Shown: positions 49,088 to 62,174, counted from the whole stretch's first letter. The stretch: DNA of 63,130 nt, filler included, from Octopus bimaculoides (GCF_001194135.2; 7 parts of 7 records of this genome joined end to end with filler, not necessarily neighbours in it), one strand, 5' to 3'. The notes: generated from the sequence alone by a model not told the origin. Numbers and translations are program-made.

Positions 49088-49525
49088 CAAAAACAGCATC
49101 AACAACTCAAGGAAGAACGAGTATAACAACAAGTATTGGTGAAACAAATGCTACAACTAATGAAGTTGATAAACAAACCGGGAAATACATTTTCACCCGA
49201 CCATGTAGCAAATTCCAGAAGGGAATTCAAATATAAACCCTAAGAAAGAGTAACCTTTCAGGCTTACTTTCGAAGATTTCATCCAATGTTTGAAAAGGCA
49301 CGTCAGGATTGGACAGACGATATGAAAACGCGTCTAGTTTTCAGAAAACTAGGGACATCAGAGCGTGAAAAGTATAATCATTTCATATTGCCAAAAAAAA
49401 AAAAAAATTAAAAAAGCGCCCGACATAAATTTCATTGACACAGTTGACATTTTGTGCAAAATATTTATTGAAAAGAGCCCACTGTGTAATACTAGATGGA
49501 GATGTTTAAACATCTATATCAAATA
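49088..49525 (+). mobile_element. Ty3/Gypsy gag remnant
   Basis: KQMLQLMKLINKPGNTFSPDHVANS...EFKYKP*ERVTFQAYFRRFHPMFEK...WTDDMKTRLVFRKLGTSEREKYNHFILP...INFIDTVDILCKIF..KSPLCNTRWRCLNI is the layout I recognise from invertebrate Gypsy gag. It is interrupted by an expanded poly-A. Confidence 0.75.
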
Positions 49526-50364
49526 TTTCTGTCCATTATTTATTATATATAAAAAAAATTAATATACTAAGAATTTATGGCGGAGTAGGAATTACCTCCT
49601 TTATTCTTCATGCTATTAGGAAAAGATATATTTTATTAAAACAAAATATTCAGAAAAATTCATTAATCTCACAAAAATCAACGCGCTATTAATTAAAAAA
49701 AGTAATTAAAATACTTTATCTTTACTAGGCCAATACTGAATAATATTATAAATTACACTGTATTCAATGTCTATAATCACCTATACTAAAATTGCAATCA
49801 AAATTAAAATTACGTAGTTTTATTAAAAAACAACTTTCAAAAAAGAATGAAACCATAAATATACACTATCATATTAATATAACTGTGCGTCAATGTAAAT
49901 TTACTACAGCATTAAAACAAGACTTTTCATCAACTACTTATTCAAGCAAAGTTTTATTCTAAATACGCCGATATTAAACTGTTTTATAAAATTGCGATTA
50001 TTTATTACCCATACTGATTCGTACACAATAAATAAATAAATGATTTATCAGATTTTTACTTAGCTTTACAGAGGAAAATAACTTACAGTAAATCAATATG
50101 TTTATAATTTTTATGGGTATATGATTTCGAAAAGAACAGAAGAACAGGATATACACAATATTAATGCAGTAAGTATGAAAGCGTCTACGATAAATATTAA
50201 TATATGCATATTTTTTTTTAATACATTGTTGTATTTAAGAATTATCATAATCTTCGTTTATGTATTAATATAATAATTATGTTTTGTAATTATTACAAAT
50301 AAATAAATAAATAAATAAATAACAAAAGAGAAATTTACTTAGTTTTTTCAGAGGAGAATAAACC

Positions 50365-50578
50365 ACTCTTTTACTTGTTTCAGTCATTTGACTGCGGCCA
50401 TGCTGGAGCACCGCCTTTGGTCTCGAAAATCGACCCCAGGACTTATTCTTTGTAAGCCTAGTACTTATTCTATTGGTCTCTTTTTGCCGAACCGCTAAGT
50501 TACGGGGACGTAAACACACCAGCATCGGTTGTCACGCGATTGTGGGGGGGACAAACACAGAGACACAAACATATATAT
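50365..50578 (-). mobile_element. Family A SINE 3' half (runs into gap)
   Basis: CTCTTTTACTTGTTTCAGTCATTTGACTGCGGCCATGCTGGAGCACCGCC...GGACAAACACAGAGACAC is nearly identical to 60040-60240. Confidence 0.9.
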
Positions 50579-51865
50579 NNNNNNNNNNNNNNNNNNNNNN
50601 NNNNNNNNNNNNNNNNNNNNNNNNNNNNNNNNNNNNNNNNNNNNNNNNNNNNNNNNNNNNNNNNNNNNNNNNNNNNNNNNNNNNNNNNNNNNNNNNNNNN
50701 NNNNNNNNNNNNNNNNNNNNNNNNNNNNNNNNNNNNNNNNNNNNNNNNNNNNNNNNNNNNNNNNNNNNNNNNNNNNNNNNNNNNNNNNNNNNNNNNNNNN
50801 NNNNNNNNNNNNNNNNNNNNNNNNNNNNNNNNNNNNNNNNNNNNNNNNNNNNNNNNNNNNNNNNNNNNNNNNNNNNNNNNNNNNNNNNNNNNNNNNNNNN
50901 NNNNNNNNNNNNNNNNNNNNNNNNNNNNNNNNNNNNNNNNNNNNNNNNNNNNNNNNNNNNNNNNNNNNNNNNNNNNNNNNNNNNNNNNNNNNNNNNNNNN
51001 NNNNNNNNNNNNNNNNNNNNNNNNNNNNNNNNNNNNNNNNNNNNNNNNNNNNNNNNNNNNNNNNNNNNNNNNNNNNNNNNNNNNNNNNNNNNNNNNNNNN
51101 NNNNNNNNNNNNNNNNNNNNNNNNNNNNNNNNNNNNNNNNNNNNNNNNNNNNNNNNNNNNNNNNNNNNNNNNNNNNNNNNNNNNNNNNNNNNNNNNNNNN
51201 NNNNNNNNNNNNNNNNNNNNNNNNNNNNNNNNNNNNNNNNNNNNNNNNNNNNNNNNNNNNNNNNNNNNNNNNNNNNNNNNNNNNNNNNNNNNNNNNNNNN
51301 NNNNNNNNNNNNNNNNNNNNNNNNNNNNNNNNNNNNNNNNNNNNNNNNNNNNNNNNNNNNNNNNNNNNNNNNNNNNNNNNNNNNNNNNNNNNNNNNNNNN
51401 NNNNNNNNNNNNNNNNNNNNNNNNNNNNNNNNNNNNNNNNNNNNNNNNNNNNNNNNNNNNNNNNNNNNNNTATATATGCATATACACACATAAACATTCA
51501 CGCACGCATATAGTGAGGCATATACTCGTCTACTCAGACACACACATATATAGATACATAGACATTAGGTACATCACATATATATGTTAGTATATATTTA
51601 ACTAAATATATAAAAAAAATTTTAATAATAATAACAATAAATAATTAACATATACATGTTTATCCATATACATACATACTTATATATATATACATATTGA
51701 CATCCACAAACATACATCTATACATATACACGTCCACACCTACATACACATATGTATACATACATATATACTTATTATATACATCATATATATGTGCGTA
51801 TACGTTTACCTAGATAAATAAGCTAAAAATAATGTCAAGAAATAACATGTAATTATTTATTCTTT

Positions 51866-51929
<64 letters not shown>

Positions 51930-52031
51930 NNNNNNNNNNNNNNNNNNNNNNNNNNNNNNNNNNNNNNNNNNNNTTAATTAATTAANNNNNNNNNNNNNNN
52001 NNNNNNNNNNNNNNNNNNNNNNNNNNNNNTA

Positions 52032-52063
<32 letters not shown>

Positions 52064-52257
52064 CACAGACACACAGACACACACACACACATATGAGAAA
52101 GAGAATGAAAAAACAGAAAAGGAGAGAATAAGACAAGCAATGAGAGAGAAAATGAAACAGAGAATGTAAGAGAGAGAGGGAGAGAGAGAAAGAGAGAGAG
52201 AGAGAGAAAAGAGAGAAAGGGTGAGTGGGACATAGACACACACATACACACACACAT

Positions 52258-52298
<41 letters not shown>

Positions 52299-53268
52299 AC
52301 CACTTACACATACAGTTACACATTTGCTTAACTGAGAGTGTCATTTGAGATAAAATAGCTTTTAGCTGTTTTTATTTGAGTATCTAAACCTGTGTTTGAA
52401 TAATCGTGTTCACACATATATAAAGATAAAAACAATTTCAATTTTGAAACCTAGTAACGTAACAGCTATTTATTATGAATATTGGTAAAGAAGTTTATCT
52501 CTTTTCTCTTTTCTTCTCTTTGTAATGTGTCTCTTCGCGTGTCCTGTATTCATATTTGGAAGTACTCGTTCTAAAAGTGTCTGTTCATGACTCTATAACA
52601 GTACATAAACGAACGCAGGCTTACACACGCACATACACACACACAAATACACACACGCACACGTAATACACAAATACTCATATATGCATCCATATGTATG
52701 TATATATGTATTTATGTATGTGCGTGTTCATACGTCTGCATGTATATGCATCATGTTTAGATGCTAATGTATGGACAGGCTCATATACATGTGTGTGTGT
52801 ACATGTAAATATATCTAAACATATTCACAGATATACATACATGTACATACATGTAAATATATGTATATATGGACATATAAATATATTCATGTATACGTTC
52901 TAAATATTTGCATACATACACACACACGTGCGTACGCACACAAGGACACACACACGTAGCTATATGCCTGTACTTGCATATATATATATATATATANNNN
53001 NNNNNNNNNNNNNNNNNNNNNNNNNNNNNNNNNNNNNNNNNNNNNNNNNNNNNNNNNNNNNNNNNNNNNNNNNNNNNNNNNNNNNNNNNNNNNNNNNNNN
53101 NNNNNNNNNNNNNNNNNNNNNNNNNNNNNNNNNNNNNNNNNNNNNNNNNNNNNNNNNNNNNNNNNNNNNNNNNNNNNNNNNNNNNNNNNNNNNNNNNNNN
53201 NNNNNNNNNNNNNNNNNNNNNNNNNNNNNNNNNNNNNNNNNNNNNNNNNNNNNNNNNNNNNNNNNNNN

Positions 53269-53324
<56 letters not shown>

Positions 53325-53627
53325 GCATACACACACACACGCACACATGCACACGCACACAAACACACACACATATACATACATATTGACACATTTTTAT
53401 ATTTATATCTTTATGTATTTCTCTCTCAATTTCCAATACTTGAACGTTCACAAAAGATATTCTTCCTAAGTATCTGCCGGTGGGAAAAATGATTCTTAGC
53501 GCAATTTCTTTGAAAAGATTTATTTGCCCACATATAATACTTATTTACTTCTGGCATTTTTTTTTGTTACCTTGTCATTCATTCTTAGTGTTATGATATA
53601 TATATCTATGAAATGAGATATTGTTAA

Positions 53628-53850
53628 CACTAGACGTACCAAAGAATCATTTTTGACCCATTTCAATTTCCTCTTCACTATTACATGAAACATATAAAAG
53701 TTATCACATTGGGCTTCTTACTTTCTCTCTCATGAATTTTGCTGTAGTTCTCAAAGATGAAATCCATTATTTAATATTTTATTTACCTTTCTTTAATATT
53801 TGCACATCTACCTAGAAAGATAGTAAAAAAAATATCTAGTATTTCTAGTG
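53628..53850. mobile_element. piggyBac-type MITE
   Basis: TTAA|CACTAGACGTAC ... GTATTTCTAGTG|TTAA: a TTAA TSD on both sides and CACTAGA..TAC TIRs. Confidence 0.75.
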
Positions 53851-54681
53851 TTAAATGGAAAGAAATCGGAATATATTTTATCTGCTTGGTTTGCACGAAG
53901 TAAATGAAAATTCGGTTATTTAAATGCTTGCATAGTCATAACTGCTTTCAAAGAAGATATTCAGAGTATGACTCCTGACCAACGCAACCGAACTTTCCAC
54001 GATTCAAATGAGTGAGTCATCTGCTATAAATAGAAGTCATATTTCTATCATATATCCAACCCTATTGAAATGGAAAAGAGTAAGTCTGTGTAATGTATAC
54101 TAAAAGATGAAGAGAAACGTAAAGGTTTCGACTGGGATCGCCTTTGATTAGGCCTGCCCGATTTGGACTGATCTGAATCTAAACAAAAAGTATTTGCTGG
54201 TTAATAACATTATTCTAAACACATTTTCCTCTTAGTCGAATGGCTATATTTATTCTTCAAACAAAAGTGCAGTTTACCCCAAAACTTTAAGTGAGATACT
54301 GCAGACGGAATCTACTAGTTAAGTTCCGTAGCGTTGCGAGGGGTGTACGGGGTGTACGTGCATTTGATATAGTCGAAAGTGTTACGTTTAAGGAAGGTCT
54401 GTATAGTTAAGGTACCAATCAAGGCGGCTAATCAGGGCGGCCAAAACCCCAGTCAGTGATAGGATATTGTGATAAAGATCCTTAGGTCGTGGGTTTATAT
54501 CTACTATTTAGAATTGTATGACTCAGGTATAGATTTAAATACAACATAGGCCTTCTGGACATTGGTGGTCCGGAGACTCTTATAATCCGTACTAATTTAC
54601 GTGCAGGAACTTCAAATTCCCGCCTCCATCAGACTATTTTGATGGTAAATTGCACAGATTAGTAACTTGCACAGCATAGTA

Positions 54682-55055
54682 TTATTACCTCTGCCTTAGC
54701 GAAGGTGGAAGTATTGTTTTCAGTTGTGTTTGTTTATTTGTTTGTTTCTTTGACCGTGGACAAGATATCTCAAGAACCACTGGATGAAACTTTCGGGGAT
54801 GTTTGGCCTCGTGACTGGCACTAGCTGATTAGATTTTGGGATCGATTTGGCACCGGACGAGGATTCTGGATTATTTTTCCTATTTTTATCTTACTTAATT
54901 TTTGAGAGCGGTCGGATTCATTTTTAGTATTCTAGTTTGTGAGAGCAGTCGAGTTTATTTCAGATATTCCCATTTTAAAAATCATCTCTAGCTAATCGTT
55001 GCGAGAACGTTGGCGTTGTCTTGGCGGAGGTTTGCGCTATCTGAGTGCTCTTGTT
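54682..55055 (+). mobile_element. Non-autonomous Helentron-like element (HINE/DINE-1-like architecture)
   Basis: A 5' TTATTACCTCTGCC with a local hairpin partner GGTGGAAGT, a short (TTTG)n tract, a 3' subterminal inverted repeat GGCGGAGGT (55023-55031), a small hairpin GCGCTA.CTGAGTGC and a TT end. Confidence 0.65.
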
Positions 55056-55799
55056 AAACTTGTATCACTTATACTAATGTACAGCTGACCGTATTTTATT
55101 TGTTTAAGTAAATTTAATATTTTTTTGATTTAGAGAGTGACCAACCCTGATTTAGAAAAATCAGTATTCGAGAATGGCTTTGGAACGAAACGTTTCAGAA
55201 AATCGATGTGCCAGATTAGATATTTGATATATCAGTATTCTGGTCGAAATACTGTTTTACAAATTCTTTAGGCACAGAAGGCTTGCTGTCGTTCAAGTAG
55301 ATCTTTCTTGTCGAATTTATTCGACAGAGAGCCGAACACTATTCGAGAAAGTAGATGCTATTTCACATTTCAATTAAAAGGCTCCTGCCAAACCAATTTT
55401 TGAAAGTAAAACTTGGAAGCTGAAAACTGCGTGGAAGCCTATCTGATACCTATAACAGAAACGGTAAACCACTTTTCGATCAGAGATACCCTGAGTCTGA
55501 AAATAACATTCCTTCAACTAAAAACAGCTTACTATTTGCTGTACAAAAATATGTTCTAAGCATGTCTTTTTTTGTCATAAATCCATATATTTTCCTAAAA
55601 ATAATAACTGTTTGGTTAAGAGGGCGCAGATATGGTTGCGAGGTTGTGAAGTTTGCTCCGCAATCATGCGAGCAAGTGATCGCTGACTTGACTACCAGAA
55701 GATCTTCTTAGTTATGTTAAAGATGAGTTAGTACTTTTGTTAATCGAAAGACTGAAACGATCATTCGTCGAAGATCGGCTGTATGTTTGTAATATGTGT

Positions 55800-55990
55800 G
55801 TCGTGAAGGTACGTAGTTTATTGTTAACGTGTTAGGCTTACGATCAAACTGCTGTGGGTCCGATTTCTTGATCGAAAGATCTGGTGGTGCGTTATGTTCT
55901 TGCGCATTACACATTACTCCACCTCATTTCAAATTACTCAAGTTAACTCAATTGAAATGAGTACCAGCTAAATGCTGATGTAACCCTCTT
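55800..55990 (+). mobile_element. Decayed tRNA-head SINE
   Basis: GTAGTTTA.TGTTAAC (A-box-like), GGGTCCGATTTC (B-box-like), TTCTTGCGCATTACAC (CORE-like) and AAATGAGTACC. Confidence 0.45.
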
Positions 55991-56370
55991 TCTTTGGTAA
56001 AATTAATTTATTTTGAATTTTGGGTCAAAACTCCTACATTTTGTTGGGAATTTTAGAAGAAAATCAAAAGTTATGATGTTAAACGTTTACCTTAAGTCAA
56101 GAACAGCGTAAGGGAAGCGGATTTCTTTCAACCGGGAATCGAAACTGGGTCTCCGTAAATATTTGCTCTAAGGTGATGTAGTAGATGTGATTGAATTAGT
56201 TATATGGCTATATTTCTGACAAAAATCGATCTTTTTGTATCTCTCCGAATACATACAATTTCAGTGGTTGNNNNNNNNNNNNNNNNNNNNNNNNNNNNNN
56301 NNNNNNNNNNNNNNTTAATTAATTAANNNNNNNNNNNNNNNNNNNNNNNNNNNNNNNNNNNNNNNNNNNN

Positions 56371-56460
56371 AAACGTCATAGTCTCTCTCCTTCCTTTCCC
56401 GAGCGTCCGATAACACTATCCGTATCACGTCCTCACTTTGTTGTTTTTTTGTTATTATTT
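56371..56460 (+). mobile_element. Second copy of the PLE-type terminal repeat, hammerhead 5' half lost in gap
   Basis: Starts at the gap edge with AAACGTCA and aligns to 48576-48665. Confidence 0.6.
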
Positions 56461-56467
56461 TTTTGAA

Positions 56468-56501
<34 letters not shown>

Positions 56502-57492
56502 GTGTGTGTGTGAACATGACATTTTTATGAGACTAAGTTCATAGCCATGTGCTCAACCTCCATCCAACTTGGAAGACTAGTACATTGCTCAATATCAGAC
56601 TTCTACACTTTGTCCTATCCGGCTTAGTCGGCCCTATCAGGAGACTTAGACCCCCATCTTCTTTGCGCTTGGAGTTCGTGACAAGGTGCTGAACCATGTG
56701 AAGGAGATTTTTTTTAGAATAAAACTTAAAATACATTTGGGGATTTGGATCAAGGAATTAAATTGTTACACTATATAATGGAACATATCGAATTCAGCTC
56801 GAAGAGATGAAAGCGAACTTCAGAAGGTTTTGAAATCAAAATGTCAAAGAGCGTAACTCGATACTGCCAGGACTTTAAATACAGTCGATTACGCCATTTA
56901 TCGCTTCATTGCTCTTCTTGTCAGTCAAAATCAAATGAATAGCGTCTCATATTTAGTAACTCTAACGCAAAATGCCTTTCAGTTTGTTCAGTTTAAATGG
57001 AAGTTAGATTACGAGTTGTGCCCGTCTAACTGTTCAAACACAAATAGTTTCATAAAGGCGTGGTATGCTTTAAATAAAACAGTTTGTTTGCTTTCAGTGA
57101 AAAGTAGACAAACAATACAACGGAGAGAAAATAGCTCAAAGGGAGCGTTCTGCATACCAAAATACAAACACGGTAGAGTGTCAAAGATATTTTAAGTTGA
57201 ATAACTTAGATAAGCTGAGAGCTACTAGGTAATGTTAGTCGATAAAAAACTTCTTCTGAGAACGATTAAAATCTAAAACAATAAGCAAGGGACATAATTC
57301 CAATAAGATCAGATGATCAGAAAATTTTTTAACAATGTAGTTAACGAGGATTGGAGGAGATAAAGTCTTTGAACATGCTATGATCTTATTAAACTCAGTT
57401 GGCAAAACTAAACATACATACATACGCACGTATGTGCGTATGTGTGTGCATGTATGTATGTATGTATGTATGTATGTATGTATGTATGTATG

Positions 57493-57585
<93 letters not shown>

Positions 57586-57749
57586 TTTAGGGTAGTAAAA
57601 TATTATTTAGAAATTTTTTACCACCGTGGCCTAGCGTGTAGAAAAACTAGTCAATAGACTATATATTATTCATAATATAAACAGTGTACATTTAAACACA
57701 TAAGAGATGCCCGATTATGGCCATCTCTCATGTGTTTAAATGTATACTG

Positions 57750-57809
<60 letters not shown>

Positions 57810-58533
57810 TATCAAGGGACATTGATTGGGAATATCTACAATTTGGTTGATGGAATAGATTTTAAGAGGAAGAATATTTCTATGGGTGAGTGAGGTAATG
57901 GTGAAGTGGAACAAGAACAACAGCTACAACAACAACAACAACGAACACAACAACAGCAGCAGCAACAACAATAATGACAGCAGGAGGAGAACCCCCACCC
58001 CACCTCACCCCCACGCCGAAAAGAGAAATAAGATCTACGAGAAGAGCGCAATAAATAAAGCAAGGAAAAGAGAGAGAGGTATGTCTCGGTAAGCGTTAAG
58101 AAATCGCAAATGACACACCCTTGATATAAAATGAAGTGTTATCACTTACGGTAACTAAATTGGTTGCCCCTAGTTCTTTGTAGCTACTGAATTTGTTAAA
58201 TATATGAACAGATTGGCTGCTTGTTTCTCTGGAATTGGTCAAACTGATGTAAACGCTTCTGATGAGAAAACAATAAGGTCCGAACATTGATTAAAAGCTG
58301 TTCATCATTTTTTTCACTCTACAGGGAAATGGTTAAATTTGTCCTGTTTATATATTAACTACATAGGTTAGATATATTATTATAATACCTCAATACTGTG
58401 ATCCCTATTTACAGGGCTTTGATATTAAATAAAGTGTTTGTACTTACGGCATGCAAATTAGTTGTACCTGTTTTCTGTGGTTACTGAATTTGTTGCGTAT
58501 GTAAATAGATTGGCTAAACATCTTTAGCTTCTA

Positions 58534-58854
58534 TTGTTGTTGGCACTCCGTCGCTTACGACGACGTAGGTTCCAGTTGATCCGATCAACGGAACAGCCTG
58601 CTCGTTAAATTAACGTGCAAATGGCTGAGCACTCCACAGACACGTATACCCTTAACGTAGTTCTCGGGGATATTCAGCGTGACACAGTGTGACAATGCTG
58701 ACCCTTTGAATTACAGGCACAACAGAAACAGGAAGTAAGAGTGAGAGAAAGTTGTGGTGGAAGAGTAGAGCAGGGTTCGCCACCATCCCCTGCCGGAGCC
58801 TCGTGGAGCTTTAGGTGTTTCAATAAACACTCACAACGCCCGGTCTGGGAATCG
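58534..58854 (-). mobile_element. tRNA-derived SINE (family C)
   Basis: Homologous to 5741-6019. It ends at a gap in CTGGGAATCG, the reverse complement of a B-box segment CGATTCCCAG, and has a (CAA)n tail. Confidence 0.9.
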
Positions 58855-59449
58855 NNNNNNNNNNNNNNNNNNNNNNNNNNNNNNNNNNNNNNNNNNNNNN
58901 NNNNNNNNNNNNNNNNNNNNNNNNNNNNNNNNNNNNNNNNNNNNNNNNNNNNNNNNNNNNNNNNNNNNNNNNNNNNNNNNNNNNNNNNNNNNNNNNNNNN
59001 NNNNNNNNNNNNNNNNNNNNNNNNNNNNNNNNNNNNNNNNNNNNNNNNNNNNNNTGTCAAGTGAAACAATAAAAGCATACAAGACTTTTCTCAAGTTCAA
59101 CATGTAACGATTTTGTAACCTACATTCCAACAATGGAGCATCTTTATAGTAGTAGTTGTTTTCTGAAGAATCAGTTCCGGTTTATTAAACAAATGAAGGA
59201 GCCTCTACAGGAGCCTCGATCAACTAGCTAGAAATAGTAACCAAATCTCTCGAACTGTTCCCGTCTTAAAAAATGAAGAGGAACGTCAAATTGGATTTTT
59301 CAAAAAAAAGTCAGAATGTTCATGGATGGAAACCCTTCAATCAATGATGATAAATTTCTCAACAAGTGCAAACCTGGAACGTAACAACAACAACTACAAC
59401 AACAGTAACCAATTCTGCGAGTCAACTCTAGAGTCTCTTAGCAATTGCT

Positions 59450-59720
59450 CGAGCTCTAGAAATAGCAGCCAGATAGCCTTCATAATAACCTCTCCCATTC
59501 CACTACCGTCTTAGGGATGGACACGTTGGACTGGATGGACACGTTGGACTGGATGGACACGTTGGACTTATGTGGGACTGTGTGTTCAGCATATTAGAAA
59601 CCCCCCCCCCCCCAACAAAAAACAGGTTAGTCACAATTGAAATGTATTTGATCAGAAGTCTACTCGATCAGAGATGACTCAAAGGCTAAACAGCTACGTA
59701 TTTGATGTCTTAAAAGACAC
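59450..59720 (+). mobile_element. Family D interspersed repeat (CTAGAAATAGCAGCCAAATCT... module, SINE-like)
   Basis: The same module recurs at about 12165, 17500, 18000, 34130(-), 59220, 61093-61735 and 62175-62395(-). Confidence 0.6.
59515..59568. repeat. 18-bp tandem repeat x3 (GGATGGACACGTTGGACT)
   Basis: Three exact units at 59515-59532, 59533-59550 and 59551-59568, inside a family D repeat. Confidence 0.95.
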
Positions 59721-60033
59721 ACTGGTGTATTGGACGTACCTCAATTTCAGCATTGAGAAATCATTCGGAAAAAAAAATTAGTTCATTAAAGCTTACGGGA
59801 GGCCCAATTTCGCTTAGAAGACTCGGGTTAATTTTTGAGACTTTTTAGGAAAAAAAATGTGCGTCTTATATCCTATCAAGTACGGTAATTCTGCAAGGCA
59901 ACGAGGGTGCCTTTACATCGGTGGTTCATTATAAGATTTTGTGATTAAAATTTATGTGCCATAAAATTAGTTACATTTCTGCAAGACATAAACTATTTCA
60001 ACAATTTTTTTTTACACAATTCCTAATGATATT

Positions 60034-60431
60034 CTCTTTTACTCTTTTACTTGTTTCAGTCATTTGACTGTAGCCATGCTGGAGCACCGTCTTCGGTCGA
60101 ACAAATCGACCCCTAGGACTTATTGTTTGTAAGCCTAGTACTTATTCTATCGGTGTCTTTTGCCGAACCGCTAAGTTACGGTGACGTAAACACACCAGCA
60201 GCGGTTGTCAAGCAATGTTGGGGGGACAAACACAGACACACAAACATATACACACACATACATATATACGACGGGCTTCTTTTCAGTTTCCGTCTACCAA
60301 TCCACTCACAAGGCTTTGGTCAGCCCGAGGCTACAGTAGAAGACACTTGCCCAAGGTGCCACGCAGTGGGACTGAACCCGGAACCATGTGGTTGGTAAGC
60401 AAGCTACTTTCCACATAGCCACTCCTACGCC
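60034..60431 (-). mobile_element. Full-length CORE-type tRNA SINE (family A)
   Basis: Minus-strand head GGCGTAGGAGTGGCTATGTGG (A box)...GGTTCAGTCCC (B box)...CACCTTGGGCAAGTGTCTT (CORE-like), an internal (TG/TA)n tract and a 3' (AAAGAGT)n-like tail. Confidence 0.92.
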
Positions 60432-60439
60432 TATTGGTT

Positions 60440-60645
60440 TTAAAAGTTTTAAATTTTGGCACAAGACCAGCAGTGTTGGGGCAGGAGCAAGTCGATTACA
60501 TCGACCTCAGTACTCAAACTGGTACTTATTTTACCGACCCGAAGAGGGATGAAAGGCATAGTCGATCTTGGCAGAATTTGAACTCACAACGTAAAGACGG
60601 ATGAAATGCCGCTAAGCATTTCGACCGGCATACTTACGAAATGAA
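60440..60645 (-). mobile_element. Family B SINE, CpG-retaining
   Basis: GGCACAAGACCAGCAG...AGTCGATTACATCGACCTCAGT...GGATGAAAGGCATAGTCGATCTTGGCAGAATTTGAACTCACAACGTAAAGACGG. Confidence 0.85.
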
Positions 60646-60945
60646 TTACTCTCCCCTTCCCTCCTGCAAAGCAAACAGCGGTTTGGCTGCCAGCATCAAT
60701 TCTGTTCGAATTGATTTCATATTCAGTGTAATGATACACTTTTATAGGTAAATTAATAACGTGGAAGTAATTTTCGCTATAAATCAATAAATAAAGAGTT
60801 ATTAGCCATTAAAGTTTGAAAATTTCGGTCATTTTAGCCAATCGTAAGCCACCATTTACAACCATTGAATGGCTAAGAAGCTCCAATAGAGTAGAATAGG
60901 AATTAAAGGGGTCCATAGGCAAAAAATGGTTGAGTACCCCTGATA

Positions 60946-61063
60946 GATCTTTCTGATTTGGCGGACACCATGAAACTTTTCTCAACAACACATTCTACCA
61001 GTGTCCCAAGTTTGAAAGTGTTTCGTTAAGAAAACAAGTGGTGTCCGCCAAATCAGACAGATC
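60946..61063. repeat. Short foldback element (MITE-like)
   Basis: GATCTTTCTGATTTGGCGGACACCA / TGGTGTCCGCCAAATCAGACAGATC match at 24/25 positions as an inverted repeat and extend imperfectly to about 40 bp. Confidence 0.85.
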
Positions 61064-61092
61064 CCCACTGATTCACATGGCCACTCGACTTT

Positions 61093-61735
61093 CTAGAAAT
61101 AACTGCGAAATATACCTTAAATCTAACACCCAACATCTTTAACAGTAAAAAAGTAGTGGAGTCGGGAAGACGAAACATCAGATAATATAACTCTAAAAGA
61201 CGAAATAGTCACGGCTGGGGTGCATTTGATTAGAAGTCTGCTCAATCTGTGATGACTTAGATGTTAACCTAAAAATGCGAGTTGTCTTTTCGTGATCGCT
61301 AAACTTGCTAGAAATAACTGCGAAATATGTCTCAAAACTAGCCCCCGTGTCTTTAACTAAAAATGTAAGAGTGGGGTGTGGGGCGAGGACGCATAAGATA
61401 AGGTAGTTCTTGATACTCATATAAGACGGAATGGTCGCGGTTGGAATGCTCTTGATTAGAGGCCCGCTCGATCTGAGATGACTTAAATGTTTAATCTAAT
61501 TCTACGAGCTGTCTTTTCCTAGTCGCTAGACTTGCGAGAAATAACTGCGAAATCTACCTCCAAAACTAGCCTTCCGCCCCCCACCCATACACACTCAATG
61601 CCGTCTTTAACAATTAACTGAAATAAGGGTCGGGGAGAGAAGGATACGCCAGATAATGTAGTTCTAGACAACCCTAAAAGACGGAATGGTCGCGGTTGGA
61701 TTGTAATTGATCAAAGGTCTGCTCGTTCATAAACT
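61093..61735 (+). repeat. Three diverged tandem units (about 215-230 bp) of the family D module
   Basis: Units start with C(T/G)AGAAATAACTGCGAAAT at about 61093, 61308 and 61535. Each carries AAGACG(G/A)AAT(A/G)GTC(A/G)CGG(C/T)TGG. Confidence 0.85.
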
Positions 61736-62174
61736 CTCCCAGATTACATAGGAACCCAACAATATTAACGACAAATAACAATGAACAAAAAAGAAAGACA
61801 ATCATTAGACGTAATAAGTAGATATGCATCCTCCCCATCGTCACCTCATCGCCCCGGGGTGCTTTAGACGATAAAAAGAAGATTAAAGGAAAAAATAAAA
61901 AATAAAAAGAAAAAGAAAAGAAAATATCAGGAATTCGTCCCCATCCGTTTCTCCATCTTCCACTTGAGGAAATGAGNNNNNNNNNNNNNNNNNNNNNNNN
62001 NNNNNNNNNNNNNNNNNNNNNCTTCATCTTCCACTTGAGGAAGGAGAAATACTATTTCTTGCGCTAATTCGTATTAAGTCACCGCGAATACAAGAGGCAC
62101 ACGAACCAGCAGAGGTGGTAGAGTGGTACAAGTAGGTGGGGTGAGGTACTAATGGTAGATTTTCTTACTGTTGT

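Noticed and set aside
56539-56736. KEDGGLSL resembling the L1/Tx1 K..GGLG motif
   Set aside because: A single short motif with no other collinear L1 motifs found.
58258-58295. CTGATGAG...GTCCGAACA
   Set aside because: No stem II pairing and the GAAA is incomplete.
59055-59110. TIKAYKTFLKFNM* resembling the C-terminus of R4/Dong-type LINE ORFs
   Set aside because: Only about 15 codons next to a gap, which is insufficient to call.
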